A DNA stretch of 58,362 nt, filler included, from Sphacelaria rigidula (lineage: Eukaryota): the NCBI GenBank assembly GCA_964200075.2. It is 8 parts of 8 records of this genome, joined end to end, with 100 filler letters (N's around TTAATTAATTAA, not from the genome) between each part and the next. Parts side by side here need not be neighbours in the genome. Positions count along the whole stretch, not along the records: positions 7,309 to 14,516 come from CAXNAA020015960.1; positions 14,617 to 21,824 come from CAXNAA020015961.1; positions 21,925 to 29,132 come from CAXNAA020015962.1; 5 more parts are not named here. One strand, given 5' to 3'. This document shows positions 12,106 through 24,125 of the stretch, one piece after another. The position numbers and the translations under genes were made by a program. Numbering within the stretch: the stretch's first letter is position 1; every line of letters starts with the position of its first letter. Below the pieces are notes generated by a model. That model was not told the origin of the DNA, ran no database searches, and saw only the letters and a list, made by a program, of their open reading frames with translations.

Positions 12106-13029
12106 CTCACCAAAAGTTTGCACCGCACCGACTTCTCGCACCTTGCACTGCACCGTCCCAAGATGGGCCATTTTCTTTGCCGTCAGGGATAGCGTTAAGA
12201 AAACACCGGTTGTTTCTTTTCATGTTTCATCACCTCGGGAACAAAAAAAGCTCCCACGTAAATCCGTTAACGAATCCATTTCCAGCAAGTTTTGTTGCAC
12301 AAGCACAACCGTCCCCCATCCAGCACCACACAGATTGCCGTGAAAGAGGCGCACTGTGTAGAGAATAGCTATAGCTAGCGCCAGGCGTGCTGCGCTTGTG
12401 CCCTGAAAGTCTGTCACGTTTGTTGTTTTGATGCTGAGCGTGGTTTAGTAATGTGTTTCAGTCACGCCCGTTGAGATTTCCAGACTTGTCTCCGACTACC
12501 TTTTGTGTACGGAAAGAATCACCGCTGTTTCAAGCAGGTCAGTTTTGTGGCTTTTCGTTAGAGTAGAGGTGGCCACTTGGTGGGGTGAAGTTCTCCCGAC
12601 TTCGTTTCAGTATAAACGCTGACATCTGGAACTTATACAGCGAGAGTCGCCTCAGAACAGTTTCACAGGCTGGCAGTCCTCCAATATATACTAAACAAAT
12701 TTCCGTCAAACGAAGGCTGCCACGTGTACATTACAGCAAGGGCTACCGCTAATGCGCATAGCTCAGAGAGGAGATGAAACCTAGCGCACGTATCTGCGCG
12801 CGTTTTCTTGGAGCTTGGTGTCTTCGTGTTTTTTCGGGCCCTTGTGTGTGCGAATTGTCTTGTGTCGCATCTGCTATCGTGATACACACATTCCAGTCAC
12901 GCATAAAAATCAAATGAACTAAATGCTGAGCAACACTATGAAATCAACATAATTGCGGAGCAACCGTCCTCCGCCACAAGCCATCGTGCAGTTCATGACC
13001 CGCTACAGAACAAATAGCGGAGCAACTTA

Positions 13030-13765
13030 GGCGCCATTAGAGTCGGTCTTAGCCAAAAAGACACTTTTCAACAGGAATTTTGAACGGTTCCCATTAGAGT
13101 CGGTCTTAGACCGACTCTAGTAGAGCAAGGCATTCCAAGGCGTCAACATCCGCCTAGCCCACTTTTCGGGCGTAAATCGACGGAGAAGGGCCCAAAAGGC
13201 AGTTTTCGACATAATATTTGAACGTCTCCCATTTGAGTCGGTCTTAGACCGGCTCTAATGAGAGCCGTTCAAAATTCTTGATTAAAACTGCCTTTTTGGC
13301 CCTTCTCCGTCATTTTTCGCCTGAAAAGAGGGCTAGGCGGATATAGACGCCTTGGAATGACTTGCTCTTCTCATTGAGACCGTTCCAGGGCAACTTTTGC
13401 ATTTCCCGCTGGCCGCACTTTCATTTTTGGCCAAACACGGATTTTCAACAAAAAACGGTCGAGCGATAAAAAAAAAGGGAGAAATTTTGATCACCTGACC
13501 GTTTTATACTGAACATCCGTGTTTGGCCTGGTTTGGCCAAAACCAAAAGTGCGGCCAGCGGGAAATGCAAAAGTTGCCCTATAATAGAACGGTCTCAACG
13601 AGTAGAGCAAGTCATTCCAAGGCGTCAACATCCGCCTAGCCCTCTTTTCGAGCGTAAATCGACGGAGAAGGGCCCAAAAGGCAGTTTCAAACAGGATTTT
13701 TGAACGGCTACCATTATAGCTGGCCTAAGACACGCCCTTAGGCCAACTCTTATGGGAGCGTTTAG
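13030..13765. mobile_element. Nested palindromic (foldback/MITE-like) repeat complex
   Basis: Arm A (13121-13244) is inverted at 13246-13385 and repeated at 13587-13730. A central hairpin 13387-13580 has TIRs agggcaacttttgcatttcccgctggccgcacttt. A perfect small hairpin tagagtcggtct-t-agaccgactcta lies at 13095-13119. Confidence 0.8.
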
Positions 13766-14516
13766 AATTTTATTTTGCAATCAATTTCAAGGACTTTTTT
13801 TTTTTCTTTGCCGTAGTTGTGTATTTTATGCCCGTTAACCATGATGACAAAAAAAAAACTCTTCTAAAATTGTTGCTGAAGTCCTCTTCACATCGCTTTG
13901 TAAGAAGAGAGGACTGATAGTCCTGGGCTGTATGCACTGCACGTTGCCCGCTTCTCTTTTATATCCTCCTGAACGAAATACGCACACACACACCCAAGAC
14001 ATTGCTTGCAAGCAATGCAGACAGTACAGACAGAGACAATAAAATCCGGCTCCAAAATTCACCGAACCGCGGCAAATCGGCTGATGAATTCACCGAACCC
14101 CGAACGCCAGGAAATCGAATTTTAGGAACACAGAAAGGCCTGAAAACAGGCAACAACAAACACAGCGCCTATGATTGTTATTGATTGAAATCATGTTGAT
14201 ATGATGCACGCATATGGTGTAAGGAAATATAAATGTACTCGCGTTAACATTTGAACGTCATGTGCTGCACATGTACAATAAAGGCTGCGATTGCCAAATA
14301 ATAGACAACCCAGAAAGAGACGAAGAAAAAACAAAAAAACTGCGACACAAAAATTCATCAAACTCCAAGAAATCGTTCTGCAGTCTGATGTCACCTGTGT
14401 TCATCCCGTGTATGCGTGTATACGTGAAATTTCCGTTTTTCATAATCAAAGTGTCAGATCCACCATCAGGGCTCCGCGTATTGCCTGTCACGCGCACACT
14501 TTCAGGCACTGACTGC

Positions 14517-14616
14517 NNNNNNNNNNNNNNNNNNNNNNNNNNNNNNNNNNNNNNNNNNNNTTAATTAATTAANNNNNNNNNNNNNNNNNNNNNNNNNNNN
14601 NNNNNNNNNNNNNNNN
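14517..14616. other. Artificial scaffold-joining spacer
   Basis: 44 N + TTAATTAATTAA + 44 N. Confidence 0.98.
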
Positions 14617-14670
14617 GGGGGGTACTCATTTGTTGCTTGCCTTAGTCGTTTGGCCATTGACCAGGTGATC
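14617..14670 (-). repeat. Short dispersed repeat family A (ggtcaatggtcaaacgactaaggcaagcaacaaatgagtac + C-run)
   Basis: Other copies at 21670-21732, 23940-24005 and 49212-49277. Confidence 0.85.
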
Positions 14671-15189
14671 AGGGGGGGGGGAGCGAAGAGGCGGGAAAGA
14701 GAGGTGTGTTGGAAGTGTGAAGAATAAAAAAACATTTTCACCACTTAGGACATGGTTGGTCTGATTTTTGACAAAATACGCAGCAGCCTCAGTTATTCTA
14801 TCCCGCAATGCGACGCCCCTTTTTATTTTATTTCACATGATTATATCCGAATGTAGACTACAAAATCAACCCTCTTCGGACAAATCGCTCGCTGCAGTGA
14901 CACACGGAGTTTCGTGGATTATTTCTCCTCCTGCTTCGTCCTCAAGTCGAGGCTCGATGCTGCGCTACAGGCGCAGCATTTCGAGATTCAGCGTCGTTCC
15001 TAGGCCCACCATCATGATACGTGAGTTCATGTGAGCCCCTCTCCCCTTATTGTCTCCTCCTCTCCAGGGTTCTTGGACATCCGGACTAGAGTGTTTCCGA
15101 TTGCTGCTGGAAGACTTGCGACCCAGGAAGCTAAGTCCGTCTCAGGCGACATGGAGATCACTTGCAAGGTACAGAGCCCCAGCCGAAGG

Positions 15190-15600
15190 TTGTACTCGTT
15201 TCAGACACACGTCGTGCTCTTGTTGAGACCCTGAAGGCAGAGTCCATGTGCAGCGAGTATTTTAGATACGTTGCGCCCTTCGCTTATTCACCTTAGACGG
15301 AATCGAGGTACAGCAAGCACCCACACACTTGTACCCGTTTCAGACGCACGCTGTGCCCTTCGTGAGGCCTTGGTCTACGTGCAGTGAGCACCCACGTTTG
15401 TACCCCTTTCAGACACCCTGTGCCCTTCGTGGGACACCAGAGACGGAATCTAGGTATAGCAAGCACGTACGTAATTGTACCCGTTCCAGACACACGTTGC
15501 GCCCTCCATTGAGCACCAGAGACGGAATCCAGGCACAGCAAGCACGCACGCACTTGCACCCGTTTCAGACACACGTAGTAGCCCCCTCTTGAGACACCAG
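15190..15600. repeat. Degenerate ~70-79 bp tandem repeat (gtacccgtttcagacacacg..gtgcccttcg)
   Basis: Cores at about 15192, 15263, 15332, 15400, 15477 and 15556. Confidence 0.8.
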
Positions 15601-16614
15601 TCAAGAGCGGAATAATGCAGGTTCGAAACCCCGGGCAGATACTCTTATTTTCCCCCCTATCGGAAATGAATATATCGTAGTGCCGGTCTTCCGGGGTCCC
15701 ACAATGAACGACTTGGATCCCGTAGGACCCCCGAAAAACGGTAAAAAATCAAGAGGTAGAAAAACTTCGTTCATCGAAATTTACGTAATGACTCAGAGCA
15801 CATTTGTGCACCTGATTAAAGTTGTCGAAAATGTGACGATGCCTGTAGCGAAAATGGCGTTTTTTGTGACGAGGGTCGACGCAGTGCGGTAGTGCTGATG
15901 GTCATCATCCAATGCGCGATACCACAACATGAGGGAACGTGCCGGGGGGAGAGAGGTGGGCTGTTGGACTCGACTACCGTTGAGACGACGGATTCGCCCC
16001 GAGGAAGGGGAGGGGAAAAAGTGTGACGGAAGGAAAAAGAAACGAGGAAAATGCACATTTCAGTTGATATATACTAGTGTGCGTCGCAGTTACGAGCTTC
16101 GTCTGTAGCTGCAATTCTTCACTTTATTTTTTTGCGCTTTTTTTAGGCTTTCACCCCTGAACAAAGAACGTCGTTACTGTTCAATTCATTCCGCTTCGAC
16201 TGCACTTCGGTTTCTAGGTTCCTTTTTTCGCGTTTTTTTTTCTTGTTCTTCACTCTTCTCCCTTTTTTTTCGTGTTCCTTCCCTCCTCAGACTGCTCTTT
16301 GTATGGTGTAATATGTTGAATTCTTTTCTTTATTTGGTATCGACAGGGTTCTGGGTTTCAATGCGTCAGGCCGACCATCCTGTTGCTTCCTGACTTCTTC
16401 CTCCACGCTTTATCTTTATTTAGTTGCATTTGAAACTTGACGCGATATATGTACACACAGGTGTATACATATTATTTTCCCCCTCCAAATTCTCTCACTG
16501 TGTTCGGTGGCAGACCATGATTTTGCTGCCTTCCGCTCCATCTGTACGTCATCCTAGGGAAAAAAAAACGATTTGCTTTTTCTTCGTCTCCCTCCCCACA
16601 TTTGTTTTTCACAG

Positions 16615-16702
16615 GGGCCTTCGGTCAGCCGGTCAGGCTGACCAGGGAGTGACCGTCCTTCGACAAGCTCTGGAAGCCGGCCTGGGGGGCATCGACGAGC
16701 CG
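16615..16702 (+). CDS. Isolated internal exon, PPR-repeat-like peptide
   Basis: Strong acceptor (tttgtttttcacag) and donor (g|gtgagc). It encodes GLRSAGQADQGVTVLRQALEAGLGGIDEP, which resembles the PPR pattern gl.kaG....a..l...m...G. Confidence 0.5.
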
Positions 16703-17359
16703 GTGAGCATGTGAACCCTTTCCGATGTTTTTGGGGGGCATGAACTGGTTATTTGTCTATATATTGTACATACTACACACCTTGGAGAAAAAGATGTAGC
16801 CGATAGTCGCAATATAAGAAATTGTACTACGTGGAGTATAGACGTATTGCAACTATTGACCATATTTTGTCCAGGGTGTGATTTACTATGATGACTACCT
16901 CCGTTGACCCGAACCGCTTTCTTATGGCCCGGGCCAGTCAACCCGGATCATGACCTCAGCCCTGTCAACCCCTGGACTGCCATCCCCCAATCCCTCGTCC
17001 GGGCTATGGTAATGCTCCTCACTCTGATCGTCAATAGCCAACGTTCACAGCCTGTCTGTCTCATTTCCTGTCCCAAGCAATGCATCTGCGAGGCTCACCA
17101 TCACCAAGCCCACGCCGCATGCCCACATGCTCTACACACCCTACACCGAGCGAGAACATACGGCCTACGCGTCCTCCGGATCCAGAGTAAGATTAACCGC
17201 AACCATCGTCCACGAGAACTGTGTAAAAAAAATGTTTACATGTGTAGCATCCACTGCTTGTAGAGAACAAGTGGCATGTGTTCGAGTGTAGCCTTCAGAT
17301 TTGAATGTTCCAGTATTCGGTTGGCTCTGATGATGTTTTTGGTTTTGCTTTTTATGAGG

Positions 17360-17627
17360 AACACTTTCTACGATAGCCCCCCCCCCCAAAAAAAAAAAAA
17401 AAACTCTCACGAAGAAAATGGTCATGGAGCGCCTCGTGTTTGTATTCAGGCTGCCTGAAGCGCCTCATACGGGTAAAATTGGCGAAAACGAGCCCAAGCA
17501 TGGGAAATCCCAGCTGCTCGTTGTGCTGGGCCTTTATCATTTCGATTTACGCGTAGATTTCGCCTCCCCAAGCCAGCCACTTAATATTTTGTTTTTTTGG
17601 GGGAGGGAGGCTATCGTAAAAAGTGTC
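17360..17627. mobile_element. MITE with ~20-bp TIRs
   Basis: acactttctacgatagcccccc ... ggaggctatcgtaaaaagtgtc are inverted; truncated related copy at 50920-51055. Confidence 0.8.
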
Positions 17628-18011
17628 GAAGATGCCCGAAGGTGGACCCGTACCGCGAGTCTCCCCCAGTGGCCGGTGCTGCGGACCTCGAAACAGACGC
17701 GATTACTGTACCCAGGTATCGTCTCGGGGCGTGACTGGAATTTAGGAGGGTACATGCGCATGATTACGCGATCGATTGATTTTGAGTGATTCTCGCTCTT
17801 TAACACGGATCCAGCCGCGGGTCACATGGTGGATAGATAGACGCGCCCGAGTAAACACAAACTGGGAACATTTACTGAAAAAAAGTGTAACGGAAACAGA
17901 AAGGCAAAACAGACGATCAGGGTAAAGTAAGAAAATCACAGAAGATAACAGAGAGAAGATGATACATTGGAATAATGAATATGATACGAGCCGCTGGTGA
18001 GCTTAATTTTT

Positions 18012-18017
<6 letters not shown>

Positions 18018-18042
<25 letters not shown>

Positions 18043-18375
18043 GTCATCCCATCTATTCTGGACGCCAGTCTACACCTTTCGGTATATGTGGGCGCAATTG
18101 CCGGGGTCGCACAGGACTTTTCTTCTTTTTTACTCTTGTTTCAGTACTCAACCTTCCTTCCGCGGTGCTTGCCTTATTGTTTATTGCGAGAGGGGTTCAG
18201 CAGTTCCTTTCCTTCGTCGACCGGAAAGTTGAATTTTGTGTACCCACGAAATAGTCGCTCGCCGGCATCGTGTGATAAAAAAACCCAGATGGTGTGACTG
18301 CACCGAGATTCGAACCCAATACCCAACCGCCAGAAGGTATCGAGGTTACCAACTTCGCCGTCGGGCCGACTGGCT
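18018..18375 (-). mobile_element. tRNA-derived SINE, family 1
   Basis: Minus-strand head with degenerate A box (cggcgaagttgg) and B box GGTTCGAATC, body shared with 22620-22970, (CA)n tail. Confidence 0.8.
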
Positions 18376-18674
18376 ACAGTTTAATATGGTAATATTAGCA
18401 AGGAACTGATATACCGTTATTATGTCGATATCTCCTCATCTTTTCCCTTGCTAGAATCTACTTCGGCGAATGTCTCCGCTTATATTGACGTTGAGCACGT
18501 CCATCTCCTGAACACGTGGGGGATCAGTTGGTGTGCGACAGCCTATTGAAACCAATAAAAAAATAGATGCTTGGCACTCTTGAGCTCCAGGCGAGGACGC
18601 AAGCCCGATCGCGCTTCGGCAATCGTCCATTGGATAATGACCTCCTCATTCTCGCATTTTTTGCATTGTTTTTT

Positions 18675-19148
18675 CAGGGCTATACCCGTCGCACGTGCCA
18701 TAGCGTTACACGTTACGTTCACGTTACGTTTTGGCCGAAGCGTAACGTGAAGGGTATTTTTTTTACGTGATTAACGTAACGTTAGATTTTCAAATGTAAC
18801 GTTAACGTAACGTTATTTGTTTTTACGTGATGAACGTAACGTGAACGTAAACGTGTCCATGTATAGCCAGGGCTATACACGTTACACGTGCCATAGCATT
18901 ACACGTTACGTTCACGTTACGTTTTGGCCGAAGCGTAACGTGAACGTGGAATTTTTTTCACGTGATGAACGTAGCGTGAACGTAACGTTAAAATTTCAAA
19001 TGTAAGGTTAACGTAACGTTCATTTTTTTTCACGTCGTGAACGTAACGTCATTTTTCAAATGTAACGTTATCGCAACATTGTTATTTTTTTCACGTGATG
19101 AACGTAACGTGAACGTGTAACGTATAACGTGTAACGTGAATAGCCCCG
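18675..19148. mobile_element. MITE with AACGT/ACGTT-rich interior and CAGGGCTAT...ATAGCCC termini (hAT-like); two tandem units
   Basis: cagggctatac at 18675 and 18868, atagccccg ending at 19148, dense aacgt repeats, T-rich flanks. Confidence 0.75.
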
Positions 19149-21189
19149 TTTTTTTTCCCGTGATGGAAGGAGGAAACGAAACCCAACACTTAGCCCGCAA
19201 GCGGGTTCGTGCGCCGATTACCCGAAGGCTCGGCTAGAGCACCTCGCAGGGGTTATGTGGGGAAGACGCCTCGAGCGTTCGCAAAGGTTGCTCAAGGCAG
19301 TGTGGGCGATGGTTCCACCAAAACCCCCCATCAACTTGGCTCAGCACACCCGCCGCCATGCTCTTATGGGCTTCGGCCCTACGTGGACGATTTCGGCGAG
19401 CTGGCGGTATTGATGCCAACTACAGCCTCGATCCAATGCATGAATATATATATATATATATATATGTACATGTATCATTTCACATTTTTCACCACCTTTG
19501 CCGAGTTTTCTCTAGCGGCAAGGCATTTTTTTCCACGGGCTCTTTTGCCCCCCCCCGCCGCTCCCCCCTCTGTACTCGACACAAGCTCGTAGTCTCGAGG
19601 GAGCAGCCCGACTCTCCCCTGGCATGTACCCGCCGCACGGGTCTCGCCGGCGAGCTTGGGGACGGCAGCTCTCGCAGCCCGTCGATTTTCCAACGGATTC
19701 TTGCTTGCTAGTCATATCCTCACGCTTTTGAGGACGGAAACCAGTTCCGGCCTTTCGCGACTTTCGCCGCTGAGTAGTATCAAAGGTCTACTTTGAGTCT
19801 GTCAATATCGGGAAGAAAATGACATGAACATCTTTCCCCTTTATCTGTTCGTCATTAACATGAATATATGTCTTGAATTTATAGATGTATTCGTCACACA
19901 TGAAGCCCCTCGCCTTTCTCGGGACAATATCGCTAGACTGACGGGATCAGCCCATCTCTCCCGCAGTACCTGCGATATTATTCAATATCTTAAATTGGAG
20001 CGGCACTCCCGCGTGGTGTCGACTCTCGTCAATTTTTCAGTCCTACATATATATATGTATATATATATACACATATTTATGTGTATATCAAACTCCTGCT
20101 GCTGCTTATCGATGCGAACGATGATCACAGGTTTGCTCCATCTTGCTGGATCTTTGTGCAGTAAAAGGGCGCATGGGACTCGCCGAGGAGATATCGTCTC
20201 TCATGGACGTACACGGCATCCAAAAAGGTGAACTGTCGGCCGACTTTCGACGAATTTGACTTGTTTTGAAATACTTGAATGCTGCAACGTAAACGAGTGG
20301 TTTCGGATCAGGCGTAGCTATCGCATGCCAGCGATGAACCGGAAAAAAAGAGCCAGCTTTACTCTTTTTTTCGCGATATTTGCCGTTTTTCGGGTTGCCA
20401 GGGTTCTTCTCTGTGTAACGTGTAACGGAAAAGCGGCAAAATATGACCATTTTCGGGCCGACTGGTTGTTTATTGGCCATTCGCGGACGCTGGCTGCTGC
20501 GCAAAGAGGGAAAAAAAGATACGATTCATCTAAAACAATCCTGAAGACTAAAAAAATATATCGCCTACGGCATTGGACACGGTTGAGGGTCCGTGTGATC
20601 AAATCGGACTTAACGAATGGCATAGAGGAAGTAGTTGTTTTGGGTGGCTCACGAGCTGTCCAATGAGTGGGAGTTCAGGGGTGCGTCGAACCCGTCCCTG
20701 ATGTGTACATGGCACCCGAAAAAGTCCAGTACAGATGGGCAGACAAGCAGAGACAGGAACAGGTACAGACCCAGACCGTTGAGCACGAAACGCTCATTAC
20801 CGGTGCGAAGGTCAAGACGTCTTGCAACCTCCTGGTTTTTTTTTAGCTCGTCTCTCATAGACGTTTGTAGGAGGTCTTCCGACAGTCACAAGTGAACAGA
20901 GAGACGAACACGACAGGTGATCATCGTGAGACGTCAACTGACATCGCTCTCAGTATACTTCGAAGGACATAGATGAAGATTCGCACGAAACATCGTTGGT
21001 TGAATATCTGAATCTGGGAGTTTTTGAGGCGTGATTCATCGGAGGAGATACGAAAGTTGACCGCGGGTCGGAAAAGTCTCTACGCAAATTTTGTGCTATA
21101 CCACGTGCCGAGGGTTTGCGTACCTGGGGTGCAACGCTGAAGAAGCCCAAGGATTGTTTCGTACGGTACCAATCGCTTACACCTGAAGC

Positions 21190-21228
21190 AAGTAATGTTC
21201 AGACGAATCATTATTTGTCCGACCCTTG
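21190..21228 (+). repeat. Partial third copy of the 1-76 repeat
   Basis: aagtaatgttcagacgaatcattatttgtccgacccttg. Confidence 0.75.
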
Positions 21229-21669
21229 CTTTTTGTATATGTTCATATACTCCCTATTATTACATATTACATCAGGCTGATTTTAAGAGCTCGTTGCACA
21301 CGATTTCAGGGGGCGATATGCGATGTTGCAAAATACATATTTACGATATCGCCATGATATCAGATACCGTATCAGGTCAATATCGGCACCGGGTGTAGAT
21401 CACATAGGACTAGACAGGTACAGACCCGATGCTTTGTCTCCCTCCGTTATGCTCACTTCACTCTGACCCTTTGGGAACTAGAGCTCCCAGATTTTTTTTT
21501 TTTTTTAGTCGGCATCATTTTCAGTCATTTTGAAGTCAAAATTATGCCGATTCGCGAAGATTCACAACTCAAGAAAACGCACCTCAGTCCCCAAAAGGTT
21601 TGACAAGATATGCGTCCATCCTGTTTCCGAAGGTGACTGCATGTATGCACGAATATTATTATATACTCC

Positions 21670-21732
21670 CTCCGTCTCGAAAGGAACGCGTGGTCAATGG
21701 TCAAACGACTAAGGCAAGTAACAAATCAGTAC
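21670..21732 (+). repeat. Short dispersed repeat family A followed by poly-C
   Basis: ctccgtctcgaaaggaacgcgtggtcaatggtcaaacgactaaggcaagtaacaaatcagtac. Confidence 0.85.
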
Positions 21733-21824
21733 GCCCCCCCCCCCCCCCCCCCCCCCCCCACCCACCCGGCACCGCACACACACGCAGCGCCACCCCCCCA
21801 CACGAAGCCAACCACAGAAACACA

Positions 21825-21924
21825 NNNNNNNNNNNNNNNNNNNNNNNNNNNNNNNNNNNNNNNNNNNNTTAATTAATTAANNNNNNNNNNNNNNNNNNNN
21901 NNNNNNNNNNNNNNNNNNNNNNNN
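21825..21924. other. Artificial scaffold-joining spacer
   Basis: 44 N + TTAATTAATTAA + 44 N. Confidence 0.98.
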
Positions 21925-22101
21925 GCGGTGGTGTTTTCGGCGAGTCGCATGGAGGGTGGGCTGCATCCTGCTAAGATTGTTTGGCCCGAAACCTAGAGGT
22001 GAGGGGGGGGGGATATTACATAATCCTCGCCGCAATCGTGTCCCCTGTCATATTTTCCGAGTCAAGGTCGTGGTTGTTCCGTAGAATAAGCTCGCACAAG
22101 G

Positions 22102-22484
22102 TCATACGCACAGTATGCGTTCGATCGGACAGAAGGACTGGACGTTGCCTCTAACAACACGTCGCGTGTGGTTCTTCGCCACGGCGGGCACCAATGAAAA
22201 TGCCTCTTGCCCCACTTCTCGAGTATAATAGCGTTTTCGACCCCGCCCTCTATCGTTGGACGACTCGATCGGACGATGGTGATACTCGAAAATTAAGCTG
22301 AAATACTGCAGCACGAACCAGGCATTGACGTTTTGCGGAATCCGCGCATCGTTGGGTTGGCTAATAACAACGTCAACGTGATTTTTTCGGTAGTCTGCAA
22401 GTCGAATTAGAGACGTATATTCTTCGTACGTTTTGTGGACGGAAGCTTCAGTGAATAGACTGTAGACTTTCTTGCTGTACACTC
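22102..22484 (-). CDS. Candidate exon, unknown product
   Basis: 126-codon open frame of normal complexity, preceded by tag| on the minus strand, with a possible donor gtatga near 22107. No recognisable motif. Confidence 0.25.
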
Positions 22485-22619
22485 CTATTCTCTATAAAAT
22501 ATATATTAGCATTCGTGTCATACTGCTATAATGATAGTAGCATGGCCTTCGTCAGGCGAGAAGACATTTTATATATCGGTCTTTACCGTGAGCCCTGACT
22601 AGACCAACCGGTGACATTG

Positions 22620-22970
22620 TTTGTGTGTTGTTGTTGTCCCCTTTGTTCTGGACGCCGTTCTACACCTTTCGGTATATGTGTGCGCACCAGTCGGGGTCAC
22701 ACAGGAGGAATGCCAACACAGGAGTTTTACCTTTCCTGCTGGTTTGTTTTAGTTCTCCACAATCCTTCCGCGGTGCCGGTCTTTACTTTTAATGGCGAGA
22801 GGGGTTCAGTAGCAGCCACTTTCCCTCGTCGGCCATTAGCCACGACCCAGTCGCTCTCCACTGTTGGGCATTGTGTGGGAAAAAATCCCAGATCGCTCCG
22901 AGATTCGAACCCACGACCCTACCGTCACGAGGTTTCGAGGTTACCAACTGAGCCATCGGGGCGACCGGCT
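22620..22970 (-). mobile_element. tRNA-derived SINE, family 1
   Basis: Minus strand: agccggtcgccccgaTGGCTCAGTTGGtaacc...gGGTTCGAATCtcgg (canonical Pol III A and B boxes); body homologous to 18018-18375; CAA/CA tail. Confidence 0.85.
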
Positions 22971-23939
22971 CACAGTGTGCAAGACACTTTACAACGCGCA
23001 TATGCATACACCCGCAGGTGAAACAACGTCGCGCATTGTAATAACATCGCAAACGCGGAGTGACACGTAGTTTGAAAAACTAAAAAAGCTGGAATCCGTA
23101 TGCACATACAGGTGACGAGGGTTAAAACGATAATACACACATGTCTCAGACGATAGCGAAGCGGTATTCTACGCCTTTCCGCATAATTCATATCAGCAAA
23201 CATACAGACATACATGGAAGACATACTGTACAACACAAATCAACGTTAGAACCAGATGGACTACTATTTGCATGATACATGACATTCAGACTAGTATTTC
23301 TGATCCGATAGAGCGTGCGCTGAACGGCGTTGCTTCTGCACGTTGATGTTCATGTATTCGTTGTATATATACATTCTCAGCACCATGAGTGTTGTTCCTT
23401 TTACTCGATATTCACGAGCACCATCTCTCTGCCGCAGCGTACCATCGATTGTACTTCAGCTCATGTTCAGATATGAGCTGTCTGGTCTAGATATTCGCCC
23501 CCCCCCTGTCCAAATATTTCCATTCCTTCATCGTCAACAGAAATCAACTATACGAGTATCTCCGCATGAGGTAGACAAGGGTCGGAGGGTATGTATCTGA
23601 CCCCATCACTACCGCGAACCGAGCATTGCGCACAGCCAGCTAGGCTTGATGCTACCGTCCGCTATACCTTTCTGTCTCACCATATACTTGTCTAACCTAT
23701 TGTTGAGTCTACCCCACACCCTCAGCCCCAGAGTTCTTCGCTGGACAAGCTCCTGCAGGGACACGGTCGAGTCGTAGAAGGCACGGGAACAGTGGACAGA
23801 ACGATTGTGCCGTGTGGAAGCGTGCTCAGACAACACGTCGTACCTCATTACTGGCACAGCGTGTTTTAGGTTGTCTCTGCTCGCGATACATTGCAGCCCC
23901 CTTCCCCCCCCCGCCTCTCCCCAACATATTGGGAGAACG

Positions 23940-24125
23940 GTGCTCCGTCTCGAAAGGGATGCGTGGCCAATGATCAAACGACTAACGCGAGTAGCAAATG
24001 AGTACCTCCCCCCCTCGAGCCTGGTCCGGCGAAAACCCGGCGTGCTCCGTCCCGCCGTTCCGGCTTTGTAGGGATGCGAGGTCAATGGTCATATGACTAT
24101 GACATGCATGATCATGAGTACACCC
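23940..24125 (+). repeat. Tandem of short dispersed repeat family A (23940-24005) and related family B (24016-24121)
   Basis: Both share gtgctccgt..agggatgcg.gg.caatg.tca..gacta..atgagtac; another B copy at 37334-37431. Confidence 0.85.

Noticed and set aside
15190..15600. CRISPR-like repeat/spacer pattern
   Set aside because: The intervening sequences are themselves related; it is a degenerate minisatellite.
15618..15650. tRNA from B-box-like GGTTCGAAACCC
   Set aside because: No A box or cloverleaf visible.
6112..21228. 15-kb transposon bounded by 6116 CAAGGG and 21228 CCCTTG with apparent CTTT TSD
   Set aside because: The two ends lie on different concatenated scaffolds.
22880..22970. 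Functional tRNA gene
   Set aside because: A and B boxes are present, but I cannot fold a convincing acceptor stem, and it is fused to a repeated body and tail; it is a SINE head.
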